Shown here piece by piece: positions 51,651 through 61,788 of a stretch of 64,000 bases of DNA. Numbering within the stretch: position 1 is the first letter of the stretch; each line of letters starts with the position of its first letter. The position numbers and the translations under genes were made by a program. Under the pieces are notes generated by a model, which saw only the letters and a list, made by a program, of their open reading frames with translations, ran no database searches and was not told the origin of the DNA. The DNA lies in contig CAWHIJ010000003.1 of assembly GCA_963829525.1 (NCBI GenBank), positions 96,001-160,000 of the forward strand. Reading direction: 5' to 3'. The DNA is from an uncultured Actinomycetota bacterium. GTDB lineage: Bacteria; Actinomycetota; Actinomycetes; JAHEKZ01.

Positions 51651-52625
51651 TCAGGCCGCGGCTGGCCCCAGGCTCGCCATCGCCCGGCCCAAGGCACGGC
51701 CAGACAGGTAAGCCGACTCAATTCGGGATGGTCCGTGCCAACCGTCTCCGCAGAGCCCGACGCGGCTCTCACCAAGGAAGTAGTGCTCGGTGTGAGGGTT
51801 GATCGGCTTGGCCAGGGACCACCGCTTGGCGGCGACCGACGACGGACTTGCCGTGATCCCCAGGACGCCCTCAACCTCGGCGAGCACCGGGGCGATGACA
51901 GCCTCTGGGTCGTCAAGGTGACGTGCTGACAGGACTGGATGTGTGTGGGCAACCAGTACAGGTGCATCGTCACCTCGACGCCGTCCATCGTCTGCGATGA
52001 AAGTAAGCGCTGGTGAATCGTTGACGAAGACACCGTCGATCTCGGGCCACGCACGGGAGTCGTAGGAGGCGATGACTGAGATGCACGGCTCCCACATGCC
52101 CCCGGACATGGCTCGCTCTGCCGACAGCGAGTCGGCGAGGACGTCGAGGGCCTGGGGCCCTGGCATCGCGAGAGCAATCCCGGCGTAATCGACGCCGTCG
52201 ACTGTCGGCCCGGGCTCGACCTCAGCTGCATCGGTGTGCTGCTCCAGGGCAAGCCCGCGGGCAAGGTCCTCAATCAGCGATCGAAGTCCCAGCGCCGTTG
52301 CGTAGCGCATCGGTCCGGTGCGGGTACCGATCAGGCCACCTGGATCGCCCACATGAAACGTGTCGGTCCACGGGTGGGCGAGCTCGATGTCGAGCCACTG
52401 ATCGACGACCTCCTGGAAGGCAGGAACCGAAACAGTGAAGTAGCCCGCCCCTACGTCCACTGGGCGATCGTTGATGGTCTTGACCGCCATCCGCCCACCA
52501 GGGCGGTACCCGCGGTCGCGGACGACGACAGGACGCCCCGCGTCTGCAAGCGCACGCGCGCAGGCAATGCCGGAAACCCCTCCTCCAACAACGAGGAACT
52601 CTTCATCCCCCAAACCGGCTTTCAC
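51651..52625 (-). CDS. Renalase-like NAD(P)/FAD-dependent oxidoreductase
   Basis: VVGGGVSG, GGRMA, DVGAGYF, CGDGW...IESAYLSG; GTGA overlap with the upstream gene. Confidence 0.88.
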   Translation of the reverse strand: MKAGLGDEEFLVVGGGVSGIACARALADAGRPVVVRDRGYRPGGRMAVKTINDRPVDVGAGYFTVSVPAFQEVVDQWLDIELAHPWTDTFHVGDPGGLIGTRTGPMRYATALGLRSLIEDLARGLALEQHTDAAEVEPGPTVDGVDYAGIALAMPGPQALDVLADSLSAERAMSGGMWEPCISVIASYDSRAWPEIDGVFVNDSPALTFIADDGRRRGDDAPVLVAHTHPVLSARHLDDPEAVIAPVLAEVEGVLGITASPSSVAAKRWSLAKPINPHTEHYFLGESRVGLCGDGWHGPSRIESAYLSGRALGRAMASLGPAAA

Positions 52626-53782
52626 AACCACCGCCTCACTGGCTGCACCACCTGCTCCATTGCCTTTTGCGTAGCTGAGCGACTCCGCCACCGCTCCAGG
52701 TCAATCGGCTTGCTGCGCTCAAGGTCGTCGTCGAAGTGAGCATCCAAGGTCGCAGTAACATCTGCGTCGACGATCGCTAGGGCGATCTCCTCGTCGTGGT
52801 TCATGCTGCGCCGGTTGAAGTTCGACGAACCGATAACGCTCAACGTGTTGTCGACCGTCATGATCTTCGCGTGCAACATTGACGGCTGGAAGTTCCACAC
52901 CTCGACGCCACCGTCGACGAGCTCGGCGTATACCGACTCCGAGGCCAACTGACAGACTCGCTTGTCAGCACCTGGGCCCGGCAGCAAGATCTGCACCTGT
53001 ACCCCTTCGCGCACCTTGGCGAGCAGCTGGTCGACGAAGTCGTTGCTCGGTGCGAAGTACGCGGTCGCGAGTCGAAGGCGATGAGTCGCCGACGCGATCA
53101 CGACATGGAACAGCGTCTGCATGTCGTCCCACCCGATGGACGCCGACCCGCGGACCACTTGAATCGTGGCAGTGCCCGACCGCTCGTGCTCCGGGAACTG
53201 GTCATGTGCGTCGAACATGGGCTCACCGGTCTCTGCCCAGTTCTGGGAGAAACCGGCAGCGATGCCGTCGACGGCTGGACCCTCAACCCGGATGTGTGTG
53301 TCCCGCCATTCGTGGGCGTTTCGGGCATTGCCCGTCCACTCCTCGGCGATACCTACACCGCCGGTGAATGCGATGGTTTCATCGAGGACCAGTACCTTCC
53401 GGTGACACCGGTGGTTCTGCTTGAACGGCGACTTCACCCACGGTTTGCGGAACCACTGAACCTGCACGCCAGCGCGTTCCATGCGGTCGACGAGGCCGTC
53501 CTCCATCTTGAAGCCACCGACAGCATCAATGAGGACCCGCACCCTGACACCGGCCTTGGCCCGTTCCGACAGATGATCAGCGAACTGTCGCGCGATGTCG
53601 CCGGTCCAATAGACGTAGGTCATCAAGTCAACACTTCGTTGAGCGTTCGCGATCGCACCCAGCATCGCCGGGAAGATCTCGTCACCGTTGCGGTACACCG
53701 CGACCTCATTGCCCTCCGTGGCCGGAGTGCCCAGCAATGCCTCCAGCCGTCTCCGGACAGAACGAGCCTCTTCCGTGCTCAT
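52622..53782 (-). CDS. Cardiolipin synthase B-like phospholipase D family protein
   Basis: Two HKD motifs (HRKVLVLD, HAKIMTVD), GSSNFN; no N-terminal TM. Confidence 0.9.
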   Translation of the reverse strand: MSTEEARSVRRRLEALLGTPATEGNEVAVYRNGDEIFPAMLGAIANAQRSVDLMTYVYWTGDIARQFADHLSERAKAGVRVRVLIDAVGGFKMEDGLVDRMERAGVQVQWFRKPWVKSPFKQNHRCHRKVLVLDETIAFTGGVGIAEEWTGNARNAHEWRDTHIRVEGPAVDGIAAGFSQNWAETGEPMFDAHDQFPEHERSGTATIQVVRGSASIGWDDMQTLFHVVIASATHRLRLATAYFAPSNDFVDQLLAKVREGVQVQILLPGPGADKRVCQLASESVYAELVDGGVEVWNFQPSMLHAKIMTVDNTLSVIGSSNFNRRSMNHDEEIALAIVDADVTATLDAHFDDDLERSKPIDLERWRSRSATQKAMEQVVQPVRRWL

Positions 53783-54192
53783 TCGGCTGCAAGGGCCGCA
53801 GCCGCAGCGGGGCTCGAGTCGACCAAGAACTGCTGGCAGCGCTCGGCCTCAGGCGTTTCGCCGATCGCGGCGGCCGCCGCACCAAGTGCGTAGAGGCTTC
53901 GAAGGAAGCCGCGATTGGGCTCATGCTCCCAGGGCACGGGGCCGTGACCCTTCCAGCCGTTGCGACGCAGCTGGTCGAGGCTGCGGTGGTAGCCGGTGCG
54001 GGCGTAGGCATAGCCGGCTACCGGGTCGTCGCCAGCCAGAGCCTCCTCGGCCAACATCGCCCATGCCAGCGGAAAGTCGGGATGTGTCGCAGCCACCGCT
54101 CGCGGCGACGTACCGGCATCCAGAGCAGCAAGGGCGGTCGGGTTCTCGGGCAACAGGGTGGCCGGCGGCTCGCCGAGCAGGTTCTGGGTCAC
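53779..54192 (-). CDS. DUF3151 family protein
   Basis: YAYARTGYHRSLDQLRRNGWKGHGPVPWEHEPNRGFLR. Confidence 0.92.
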   Translation of the reverse strand: MTQNLLGEPPATLLPENPTALAALDAGTSPRAVAATHPDFPLAWAMLAEEALAGDDPVAGYAYARTGYHRSLDQLRRNGWKGHGPVPWEHEPNRGFLRSLYALGAAAAAIGETPEAERCQQFLVDSSPAAAAALAAE

Positions 54193-54368
54193 GCGTCCTT
54201 TCTACGGCACGTCCTTCCCCGCCGTCACGGCGGCGGTGTCCGACACCTCTGCTGCTGCACCGACTTCGGACCGTTACCCGCGTTGAGCGCGGCTATTGCT
54301 CCGGAGCCGGGCGCTCATCGAGGCCGCACGGCAGGGATGGCACCGTCAGCGTTCATCTACCCGCACGC

Positions 54369-54983
54369 TCAATGAACTGGGGGACGTTCGGCATGCTGCC
54401 GGATCCAGGCGTGCATGGCGATGGCAGCGGCCGCCCCGGCGTTGATCGAGCGCGTCGAGCCATACTGCGCGATCGACACCGTAGCTACGGACGCGGCGCG
54501 CGCAGCTTCCGAGAGGCCCGGACCCTCCTGACCGAAGACCATGACGCACTCTCGTGGCAGCTCATAGGTCTCGAGTGGCACAGCTCCGGGGAGATTGTCG
54601 ACACCGACCAGGGGGAGCGCACACTCCGATGCCCAGCGCACCAGTGCACCGACGTCCTCATGATGCCGAATGTGCTGATAGCGATCGGTCACCATCGCCC
54701 CTCGTCGGTTCCAGCGCCGTTTCCCGATGATGTGCACCTCTGCAGCAAGGAAGGCGTTCGCCGTCCGAACCACGCTGCCGATGTTGAAGTCGTGCTCCCA
54801 GTTCTCGACCGCGACGTGAAACTCATGCCGGTGGGTATCGAGGTCGGCGATGATCGCGTCCCGCTTCCAGTAGCGGTAGCGGTCGACCACATTGCGACGA
54901 TCGCCTTCCGCCAAGAACTCGGGATCGAACCTGGGATCGTCCGGCCACGGCTTCGGATGCGGACCTACCCCGACGACGTCCAT
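54369..54983 (-). CDS. TrmH/SpoU family RNA methyltransferase
   Basis: HDFNIGSVVRTANAF, FGQEGPGL, RSINAG SPOUT motifs. Confidence 0.92.
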   Translation of the reverse strand: MDVVGVGPHPKPWPDDPRFDPEFLAEGDRRNVVDRYRYWKRDAIIADLDTHRHEFHVAVENWEHDFNIGSVVRTANAFLAAEVHIIGKRRWNRRGAMVTDRYQHIRHHEDVGALVRWASECALPLVGVDNLPGAVPLETYELPRECVMVFGQEGPGLSEAARAASVATVSIAQYGSTRSINAGAAAAIAMHAWIRQHAERPPVH

Positions 54984-55021
54984 GTCAGCGCAGCCTAGAG
55001 CTGTCGTTACGCTATTGCGTT

Positions 55022-55702
55022 GTGCACCTCCTCCCAGAACTGCTCTCCAGCCGGATGCTCGGCCCTGGGTGGCTCGACCCGCAGAGTCTGATCGAGTCGC
55101 TCGGCCCCTGGGCGCTCCTGGGGATCACCGCGATCATTTTCGCCGAGTGCGGACTGCTCATCGGCTTCTTCCTGCCGGGAGACTCGCTGCTCTTTGTGGC
55201 GGGTTTGTTGGTAGCCAGCGGCTTCATCGACACCAACATCGCTGTCGCCTGCCTGATCTTCACGATTGCCGCCGTCACGGGAAACATCGTCGGCTACTGG
55301 ATCGGACTCAAGGCAGGGCCAACGATCTTCAGCAAGCCTGACTCAAAGCTGTTCCGCCAGGAGTACGTCGACCGCACGCAGCACTTCTTCGACCACTACG
55401 GTGCACGCGCCATCATTCTGGCGCGTTTCATCCCTGTCGTTCGTACCTTCATCACCGTCATGGCCGGCGTCGGGCGTATGCACTTTCGGACCTACATCGT
55501 CTACAGCACGATCGGCGGGATCCTCTGGGCAACCGGTGTCACGCTGCTCGGCTACTTCCTTGGCAACGTGCCTTTCGTCGCCAACAACATCGAGGCAATC
55601 CTCATCGGCGTCGTGCTGGTCTCAGTTCTTCCGGTGGTCTTCGAGTACTTCCGCCACAAGCGGGCAAACAGCGCACGCGGCCCTGACCCCAGCGACGCCT
55701 GA
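55022..55702 (+). CDS. DedA family membrane protein
   Basis: FAECGLLIGFFLPGDSLLF, ARFIPVVRT. Confidence 0.93.
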   Translation: MHLLPELLSSRMLGPGWLDPQSLIESLGPWALLGITAIIFAECGLLIGFFLPGDSLLFVAGLLVASGFIDTNIAVACLIFTIAAVTGNIVGYWIGLKAGPTIFSKPDSKLFRQEYVDRTQHFFDHYGARAIILARFIPVVRTFITVMAGVGRMHFRTYIVYSTIGGILWATGVTLLGYFLGNVPFVANNIEAILIGVVLVSVLPVVFEYFRHKRANSARGPDPSDA

Positions 55703-55725
55703 CTCCGGCGGATGCACCGAGCGAC

Positions 55726-55788
55726 ATGTGAGCGTTCGGTACACCGACACGCCTGAGAACGGCTCCTAGATGTACCGAACGCTCACAT
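55726..55788. repeat. REP-like long-loop palindrome with perfect 18-bp arms
   Basis: ATGTGAGCGTTCGGTACA-N27-TGTACCGAACGCTCACAT. Confidence 0.9.
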
Positions 55789-55824
55789 AGCCATCTTGAC
55801 GTGGACGCCGATGGGTCGCAGGCC

Positions 55825-56418
55825 CTAGAACTGAACTTCTGGCGCCGCCCGTACGGTCGGGTCCTCCGCCTCGAAGTACTCCTGCTTGACGAAGTTGAAC
55901 ATGCGGGCGACCACGTTCGGCGGGAACGACTCGACCTTGGTGTTGAAAGTCCGCACGTTGGCGTTGTAGAACCGCCGCCCCGCCGCAATTCGGTCTTCGG
56001 TCTGGGTCAGCGAAGTCTGCAGCTCGAGGAAGTTCTGGTTCGCCTTAAGGTCGGGGTAGGCCTCTGCCACCGCGAGCAACTGGCGCAGGGCAGACGTCAG
56101 CATGTTCTCCTGCACCGCCTGCTCACCGGGCGTCGAACCAGGTGTCACGGCGGCAGCGCGTGCTGCGGTGACGTTCTCGAAGGTCTGCCGCTCGTGAGCT
56201 GCGTATCCCTTGACCGTCTCGACCAAGTTCGGGATCAGGTCGTAGCGTCGGTGCAGCTCGACGTCGATCTGCTTCCACGACTCTTCCACGATGTTGCGGA
56301 GCTTGACGAAGCCGTTGTACGTCACCATCACCCAGATGCCGGCCAGCACCACGACAACGCCGAGCACGATCCAGATCCACACAGTGAACGCTCCCAGCAT
56401 CAAGAACAGCGTCGACAA
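55825..56418 (-). CDS. lemA: LemA family protein
   Basis: N-terminal TM, IDVELHRRYDLIPNLV, EAYPDLKANQNF, RRFYN. Confidence 0.93.
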   Translation of the reverse strand: MSTLFLMLGAFTVWIWIVLGVVVVLAGIWVMVTYNGFVKLRNIVEESWKQIDVELHRRYDLIPNLVETVKGYAAHERQTFENVTAARAAAVTPGSTPGEQAVQENMLTSALRQLLAVAEAYPDLKANQNFLELQTSLTQTEDRIAAGRRFYNANVRTFNTKVESFPPNVVARMFNFVKQEYFEAEDPTVRAAPEVQF

Positions 56419-56474
56419 CCCCGTCGCCAGTGATGGTAGACCCGACCGGCGTGCCGAGCGAGCACCGTTTACGG

Positions 56475-57011
56475 CTACTCCAGGCCGAGATCCGACAGCT
56501 CGTAGGCCGCCAGGTAGGGCAGCCCTACCGCCTCGATGGCTGCCCGCGCTCCGCGGTCGACGATGACCACGACGGCAACGACTTCCGCGCCAGCCTCGCG
56601 CAGTGCGTCCACCGCCGTCATTACCGAGCCACCCGTGGTGGATGTGTCCTCTACGGCCAGCACCCGGCGTCCTGTCACGTCAGGGCCTTCGATGCGGCGT
56701 TGCAACCCGTGCTGCTTCTCTGATTTGCGCACGACGAAGGAGTCCAGTCGCTGTCCGCGCGCGGCGGCGGCATGCAGCATCGCAGCGGCAACGGGGTCGG
56801 CGCCGAGGGTAAGCCCGCCGACAGCGTCGTAATCGAGATCGGCTGTGAGGTCGAGCAGCACCGAGCCAACGAGCGGGGATGCCTCACCGTCGAGGGTCAC
56901 CCGGCGAAGGTCGACGTAGTAGTCAGCCTCCCTGCCGGACGAGAGGACGACGCGGCCGTGCACGACGGCCTTGTCCTTGATCTGCGTCAGCAGTGCATCG
57001 CGATCGGTCAC
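56475..57011 (-). CDS. pyrE: Orotate phosphoribosyltransferase
   Basis: LSSGREADYYVDLR, GGLTLGADP, VEDTSTTGGS. Confidence 0.96.
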   Translation of the reverse strand: MTDRDALLTQIKDKAVVHGRVVLSSGREADYYVDLRRVTLDGEASPLVGSVLLDLTADLDYDAVGGLTLGADPVAAAMLHAAAARGQRLDSFVVRKSEKQHGLQRRIEGPDVTGRRVLAVEDTSTTGGSVMTAVDALREAGAEVVAVVVIVDRGARAAIEAVGLPYLAAYELSDLGLE

Positions 57012-57106
57012 GATGCAGAGCCTACGGGGTGGCTGACCGGGCTCAAGGTCGGCACAAGTCGGCAAACTTGATCAAATCCAAGGCCCGCGTGCGGTAGGCA
57101 TAGGGG

Positions 57107-58030
57107 GTGCCAGTCATCGAAGCCCGTGGTGTCCGCAAGACCTACCGTCGCCGGGGTAAGCCCCCTAAGGCAGCCCTGGACGGTCTCGACCTCGTTGTCG
57201 ATGAGGGGGGTGTGCATGGATTCCTCGGTCCGAACGGGTCAGGGAAGACGACGATGCTGCGCTGTCTCCTCGGGCTTGCGCGGCCGGAAGACGGCACCAT
57301 GCAGATGCTGGGTAAGCCGGTGCCGGACGAGCTTCCATCTGTGATCGGCTCGACGGGCGTCCTGCTGGAGAGCCCAGCATTCTTCCCACCTTTCACCGGA
57401 CGCCTCAACCTCCAGCTGCTCGCCCAGGCGTCGGAGATTCCGGCCACGCAAGTCGAGGCGGTGCTCGATCTCGTCCAGCTCAGCGATGCCGCCGACGAAC
57501 GCGTCAAGGGCTACTCGCTCGGGATGCGGCAACGCCTGGGCATCGCGGCAGCACTGCTCAAGCAGCCGAGCGTGCTGATCCTCGACGAGCCCAGCAACGG
57601 CCTTGACCCCGCGGGAATGCGCGAGGTACGGCAGCTGCTCCGCGCGCTCGGCGACTCCGGTGTCACCGTGCTGCTCTCTTCCCACTTGCTCGGTGAGGTG
57701 CAGCAGATATGCGACACCGTCACCATCGTCAACCACGGTCGTGTCGTTGTGGCGGGCCCTGTCGCCGATGTCCTGCAGTCGAGGTCTTCCGGTGCGATCG
57801 CCGTCGGTGTTGCCGACAGCGAAGCCGCCCTCACTGTCTTGACCGAGGCTGGATTCACCGCTCACCTCCTGGATGGGCGCATCACTGTCGACGGCGTGGC
57901 CGACGGTGCCGTGATTGTCGAGACGCTGGCATCCCGGCAGTTGTATCCGTCCTGGGTCATGCCGGTGCAGGTCGATCTTGAACAGGCGTTCCTCGAGCTC
58001 ACCGATGATGTCGAGGGAGGCCCCTCATGA
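57107..58030 (+). CDS. ABC transporter ATP-binding protein (BcrA-like exporter type)
   Basis: GPNGSGKT, YSLGMRQRL, LDEPSNGLD. Confidence 0.95.
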   Translation: MPVIEARGVRKTYRRRGKPPKAALDGLDLVVDEGGVHGFLGPNGSGKTTMLRCLLGLARPEDGTMQMLGKPVPDELPSVIGSTGVLLESPAFFPPFTGRLNLQLLAQASEIPATQVEAVLDLVQLSDAADERVKGYSLGMRQRLGIAAALLKQPSVLILDEPSNGLDPAGMREVRQLLRALGDSGVTVLLSSHLLGEVQQICDTVTIVNHGRVVVAGPVADVLQSRSSGAIAVGVADSEAALTVLTEAGFTAHLLDGRITVDGVADGAVIVETLASRQLYPSWVMPVQVDLEQAFLELTDDVEGGPS

Positions 58031-59046
58031 GCATCCCCACCCTCGAGCGGCGCCCCACTCACAAAGTCGGGCCACTCCTGCGCTCGGAGATCTCGCGCAT
58101 CACCCACCGACGTCTCTTCCGGGTGCTGACCCTGATCCTGCTCGGCGGCATCGTGCTGATCAGCACCATCGTCTTCTTCGTGCACAGCAAGCAGGTCGGC
58201 ACAACCCAGGAACAGCTCCAGAGCAACCAGGCTGAGCAACAGCGGGGCTGGAAGCAGTGTGCCGATTCCGCCCCGAATCCAGACAGTGCCGAGAATTTCT
58301 GTGGCCCTGAGCCGGCCACCCAACCGCTGGAAAGCTTCGACTGGGGACAGGACGACCGATACAAGGCGTATGAGGCGCTGCCCATCTCACTGATCGGCGC
58401 AGCCATCGCCTCTGCCGGCGTCGCGTTCTTGATCGGTGCCAGCATCGGGGGCGCCGAGTGGTCATCTCGCTCGATGACGCTGCAGCTGCTCTTCGAGCCC
58501 CGCCGCCTGAGGTTGTTGACCGTCAAATGGCTCGGCCTCCTGCTCTGCACCGCACTTCTCGCCATCGTCGCCATGGCGATCACCGTCGGGTTCGGCGCAC
58601 TGACGGCGCAGCTTCGCGGCACGTGGGATCAGCAGTTCGCTCCTGTCGACGAGCTGCGCGACAACCTGGGGCAGACGATGGCGCTGATGGGACTACGAGG
58701 CCTGGTGCTTGTCGCTGCGGCCGCGACCATCGGTTATGCCATCGCGATGCTGGTGCGGAACACCGGGGCATCGCTGGGGGCCGCCTTCGTGTACTTCGTC
58801 GTGGTCGAGAACGGCATCAGATTCGTCTTCATGCGCCACGGCAGCGAGCCGTTCATGCTCAGTACCAATGCCGTCGCATTTCTCTTCCCTGGTGGTCTGG
58901 AGGTTCCTGGCAACGCAGTGGGGCCCTACAGCGAGCCCACGTCGGTCGACCTGACGAACCTCCGCTCGTTCGTGACGCTGATGGCGTACACCGCCCTGCT
59001 GAGTCTGCCCGCTGCCTGGTCGTTCACCCGGCGCGACGTCGGCTGA
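58027..59046 (+). CDS. ABC-2 type exporter permease
   Basis: GGAEWSSRS motif, about 6 TM, FTRRDV C-terminus; ATGA overlap. Confidence 0.9.
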   Translation: MSIPTLERRPTHKVGPLLRSEISRITHRRLFRVLTLILLGGIVLISTIVFFVHSKQVGTTQEQLQSNQAEQQRGWKQCADSAPNPDSAENFCGPEPATQPLESFDWGQDDRYKAYEALPISLIGAAIASAGVAFLIGASIGGAEWSSRSMTLQLLFEPRRLRLLTVKWLGLLLCTALLAIVAMAITVGFGALTAQLRGTWDQQFAPVDELRDNLGQTMALMGLRGLVLVAAAATIGYAIAMLVRNTGASLGAAFVYFVVVENGIRFVFMRHGSEPFMLSTNAVAFLFPGGLEVPGNAVGPYSEPTSVDLTNLRSFVTLMAYTALLSLPAAWSFTRRDVG

Positions 59047-59068
59047 CATATCTCGGCAGACTGCTCCC

Positions 59069-59773
59069 ATGCCCCGGTCCGTTGCGCTGATCCACTCGCC
59101 CTTTACGTCGGCGGGTGTGTGGGGGACGGTGCCAGAGGCCCTCCGCGCGAAGGGAGTCCAGGTCACCGTCCCAGAGGTCCTCGATGACGACGAACCTCCA
59201 TACGCATCTCGGTTCGTCGCCCGCGTCGCCCAACAGCTTCAGCTCGACGCTCCCGGAGCACACGTTGTGCTGGTCGGCCACGGTGGCGCCGGGCCCCTTC
59301 TCCCGCAGATTGCCTTCGCCAGGAACGCCTCTGGCTCACCGGTCGCCGGCTATGTCTTCGTCGACGCGATGCTTCCGCGCACACTGAAGACCGCCACGCG
59401 CCTCGACCTCGTCGGAGCCGACGACCCAGTAGCAGCTGCCGAGCTGGGCCAGCGACTGGCAGCTGGGGGCCGTTTCCCGGAGTGGACCGACGGCGAGCTC
59501 GCCGTCACCGTGCCTGACCCGACAGACCGGGCCGTGCTGCTGGCCGGGCTGCGCCCCCGCTCGCTCGACTTCTTCATCGAGCCGCTGCCTGTTCCTGAGG
59601 ACTGGCCAGATGCCCCGTGCAGCTATCTCCAGCTCTCGGACAGCTACGCCAGCGCCGCTCGTACTGCCCAGCTACGCGGCTGGTCCGTCTGCCAGGAGGA
59701 CGCCCATCACTTCTGGGCCATGACTCACTCCGAGGACTTCGCCGCACAACTGCTGGCCCTTCTCCCCAGCTGA
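59069..59773 (+). CDS. Alpha/beta hydrolase fold protein
   Basis: LIHSP, VLVGHGGAG (Gly at the usual nucleophile position), FVDA. Confidence 0.75.
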   Translation: MPRSVALIHSPFTSAGVWGTVPEALRAKGVQVTVPEVLDDDEPPYASRFVARVAQQLQLDAPGAHVVLVGHGGAGPLLPQIAFARNASGSPVAGYVFVDAMLPRTLKTATRLDLVGADDPVAAAELGQRLAAGGRFPEWTDGELAVTVPDPTDRAVLLAGLRPRSLDFFIEPLPVPEDWPDAPCSYLQLSDSYASAARTAQLRGWSVCQEDAHHFWAMTHSEDFAAQLLALLPS

Positions 59774-59828
59774 CGCGCCGGGCCCGGCGAGTGTCCCCCA
59801 GGAAGTCGGAAATCAGCGCCGAGTGTGG

Positions 59829-60602
59829 CTAGCGACGTCCGCTGATCCGCGACCGACGCACCCGCTCGGCACGTCGCAAGACGTCACGCGGCAACAGGTG
59901 CGTGCCGGCAACCAGCGCCCGATAGGCACGCCCCGGAATCGAGATCACCTTGCCGCGCCGGAGGTCGTCCATAGCCCCCTGGACCACATCGTCCACATTG
60001 AGCCACCAGGTGTCGTTCGACCGATCGATCTCGATGTTCGCGCGCTCGTGGAACTCGGTGCGCACAAACCCGGGACACAGGGCGAGCACCCGCACTCCCG
60101 TTCCGGTGAGATCGGTCGCGAGGCCTTGGCTGAAGAAGGTCACCCAAGCCTTCGCAGCGCTGTAGGTGCTGAACGGCAGGAAGCTCGCCACACTCGAAAC
60201 GTTGATGATCGTTCCGCTGCCACGTTCTGCCATTCCCGGGGCCGCTGCACTGCACAGCCGCATGACAGGGGTGACCATGACATCGATCAGTGACTGCTCC
60301 GCCTCGACGTCCCCGCCGACGAAGCGCTGATTGATGCTGAACCCGGCATTGTTGACGAGGACGTCGACCGGTCGCTCGGAATCGCGCAGGCGGTCTTCGA
60401 CGACGGCGAGTTGGGCGCGGTCTCCGATGTCGGCAACCATGACCTCAACCTCGACTCCTCCTGCACGTAGCTCGACCGCCAAATTGTCGAGTCGCTCGCG
60501 GTCGCGCGCGACGAGGACGAGGTCGTAGCCGTCGGAGGCCAGCCTGCGGGCGAACCCCTCGCCGATTCCAGACGTCGGGCCAGTGACCAATGCGGTGCTC
60601 AT
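59829..60602 (-). CDS. Short-chain dehydrogenase/reductase
   Basis: TGPTSGIG, NNAG, YSAAK. Confidence 0.95.
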   Translation of the reverse strand: MSTALVTGPTSGIGEGFARRLASDGYDLVLVARDRERLDNLAVELRAGGVEVEVMVADIGDRAQLAVVEDRLRDSERPVDVLVNNAGFSINQRFVGGDVEAEQSLIDVMVTPVMRLCSAAAPGMAERGSGTIINVSSVASFLPFSTYSAAKAWVTFFSQGLATDLTGTGVRVLALCPGFVRTEFHERANIEIDRSNDTWWLNVDDVVQGAMDDLRRGKVISIPGRAYRALVAGTHLLPRDVLRRAERVRRSRISGRR

Positions 60603-60627
60603 TCGATCACCCTGGCACGATCAGACC

Positions 60628-61767
60628 ATGACGACGACAGCGCGTGCCCGCGACCTCGGTATCGAGTTCGACGGAACCCCTGGACCGCACAACGCCATCA
60701 CCGATGTTCCCGGGGTCGAGATCGGCTTCACCACACTCGTTGAAGGCGAGGGTGAGCACGCTGTCCGTACCGGAGTCACGGCGGTCCTTCCGCGGGGCAA
60801 GGGCGGCGTCGGAGACCCGTGTCACGCCGGGATGTACTCGATGAACGGCAACGGCGAGCTGACAGGCTCTCACTGGATCGCCGAGACCGGGCTGCTGCAC
60901 CTGCCCATCGGTATCACCAACTCGCACGCCGTCGGCACCGTGCACCGAGGCATCATCGACTGGGTCATCAACGAGCACCCTCTGGTCGCACGCGAGTGGC
61001 TGTTGCCCTGCGTTGGCGAGACTTTCGACGGTGACCTAAACGACATCAACGGGCGCCATGTCGCCAGCGAGCACGCAGTCGCGGCGCTGCAGGCGGCCTC
61101 GGAAGGTCCTGTTGCCGAGGGCAATGTCGGAGGCGGCACCGGTATGAACTGCTACGCCTTCAAGGGTGGAACCGGAACCGCTTCACGGGTCATCAGGTAC
61201 GGGGACAGGTCGTACACGATGGGAGTGCTCACGCAGGCGAACTTCGGCGACCGCCATGAGCTGACGATCCGTGGCACCGCAGTCGGGACGGCGATTCCTG
61301 ACGACAACCCGTTTCGGGACGCACAGACGCGCCCGCCAGGTGGCGGCTCGGTCATTGTGATCGTCGCCACCGACGCGCCGCTGCTGCCGCAGCAGTGCCA
61401 AGCGCTTGCGCGCCGCGTTCCCCTCGGCCTGGCGCGAACCGGTACGACGGGATCGCACTTCAGCGGCGACATCTTCCTGGCGTTCTCAACCGGCAATCCT
61501 GGGGCGCTGCACGTCGGAGAGCTGGGCTCGCCTCCGGCCGGATCCTTAGAAACCGCCGCCTTCGTCCCGTGGGCGCAGATCGACCCGTTCTACGCAGCAA
61601 CGGTGCACGCGGTGGAGGAGTCTGTGATCAACGCACTCGTCGCTGCCGAGACGATGGTAGGTCGAAATGGCTTCCGGTCTCCCGCGCTTCCGCTGGACCG
61701 CGTCCAAGGGCTCATGGGCCTCGATACGCCTAGGGCGCGGAGCGAAATCCGCGCTGAGCGCGGCTAA
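60628..61767 (+). CDS. DmpA/peptidase S58 (P1) family aminopeptidase
   Basis: NAITDVPGV, EGNVGGGTGM, G-SVIVIVATDAP autoprocessing site, SGDIFLAFST. Confidence 0.92.
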   Translation: MTTTARARDLGIEFDGTPGPHNAITDVPGVEIGFTTLVEGEGEHAVRTGVTAVLPRGKGGVGDPCHAGMYSMNGNGELTGSHWIAETGLLHLPIGITNSHAVGTVHRGIIDWVINEHPLVAREWLLPCVGETFDGDLNDINGRHVASEHAVAALQAASEGPVAEGNVGGGTGMNCYAFKGGTGTASRVIRYGDRSYTMGVLTQANFGDRHELTIRGTAVGTAIPDDNPFRDAQTRPPGGGSVIVIVATDAPLLPQQCQALARRVPLGLARTGTTGSHFSGDIFLAFSTGNPGALHVGELGSPPAGSLETAAFVPWAQIDPFYAATVHAVEESVINALVAAETMVGRNGFRSPALPLDRVQGLMGLDTPRARSEIRAERG

Positions 61768-61788
61768 CGCTCCGCAAGTGCGGCCACC

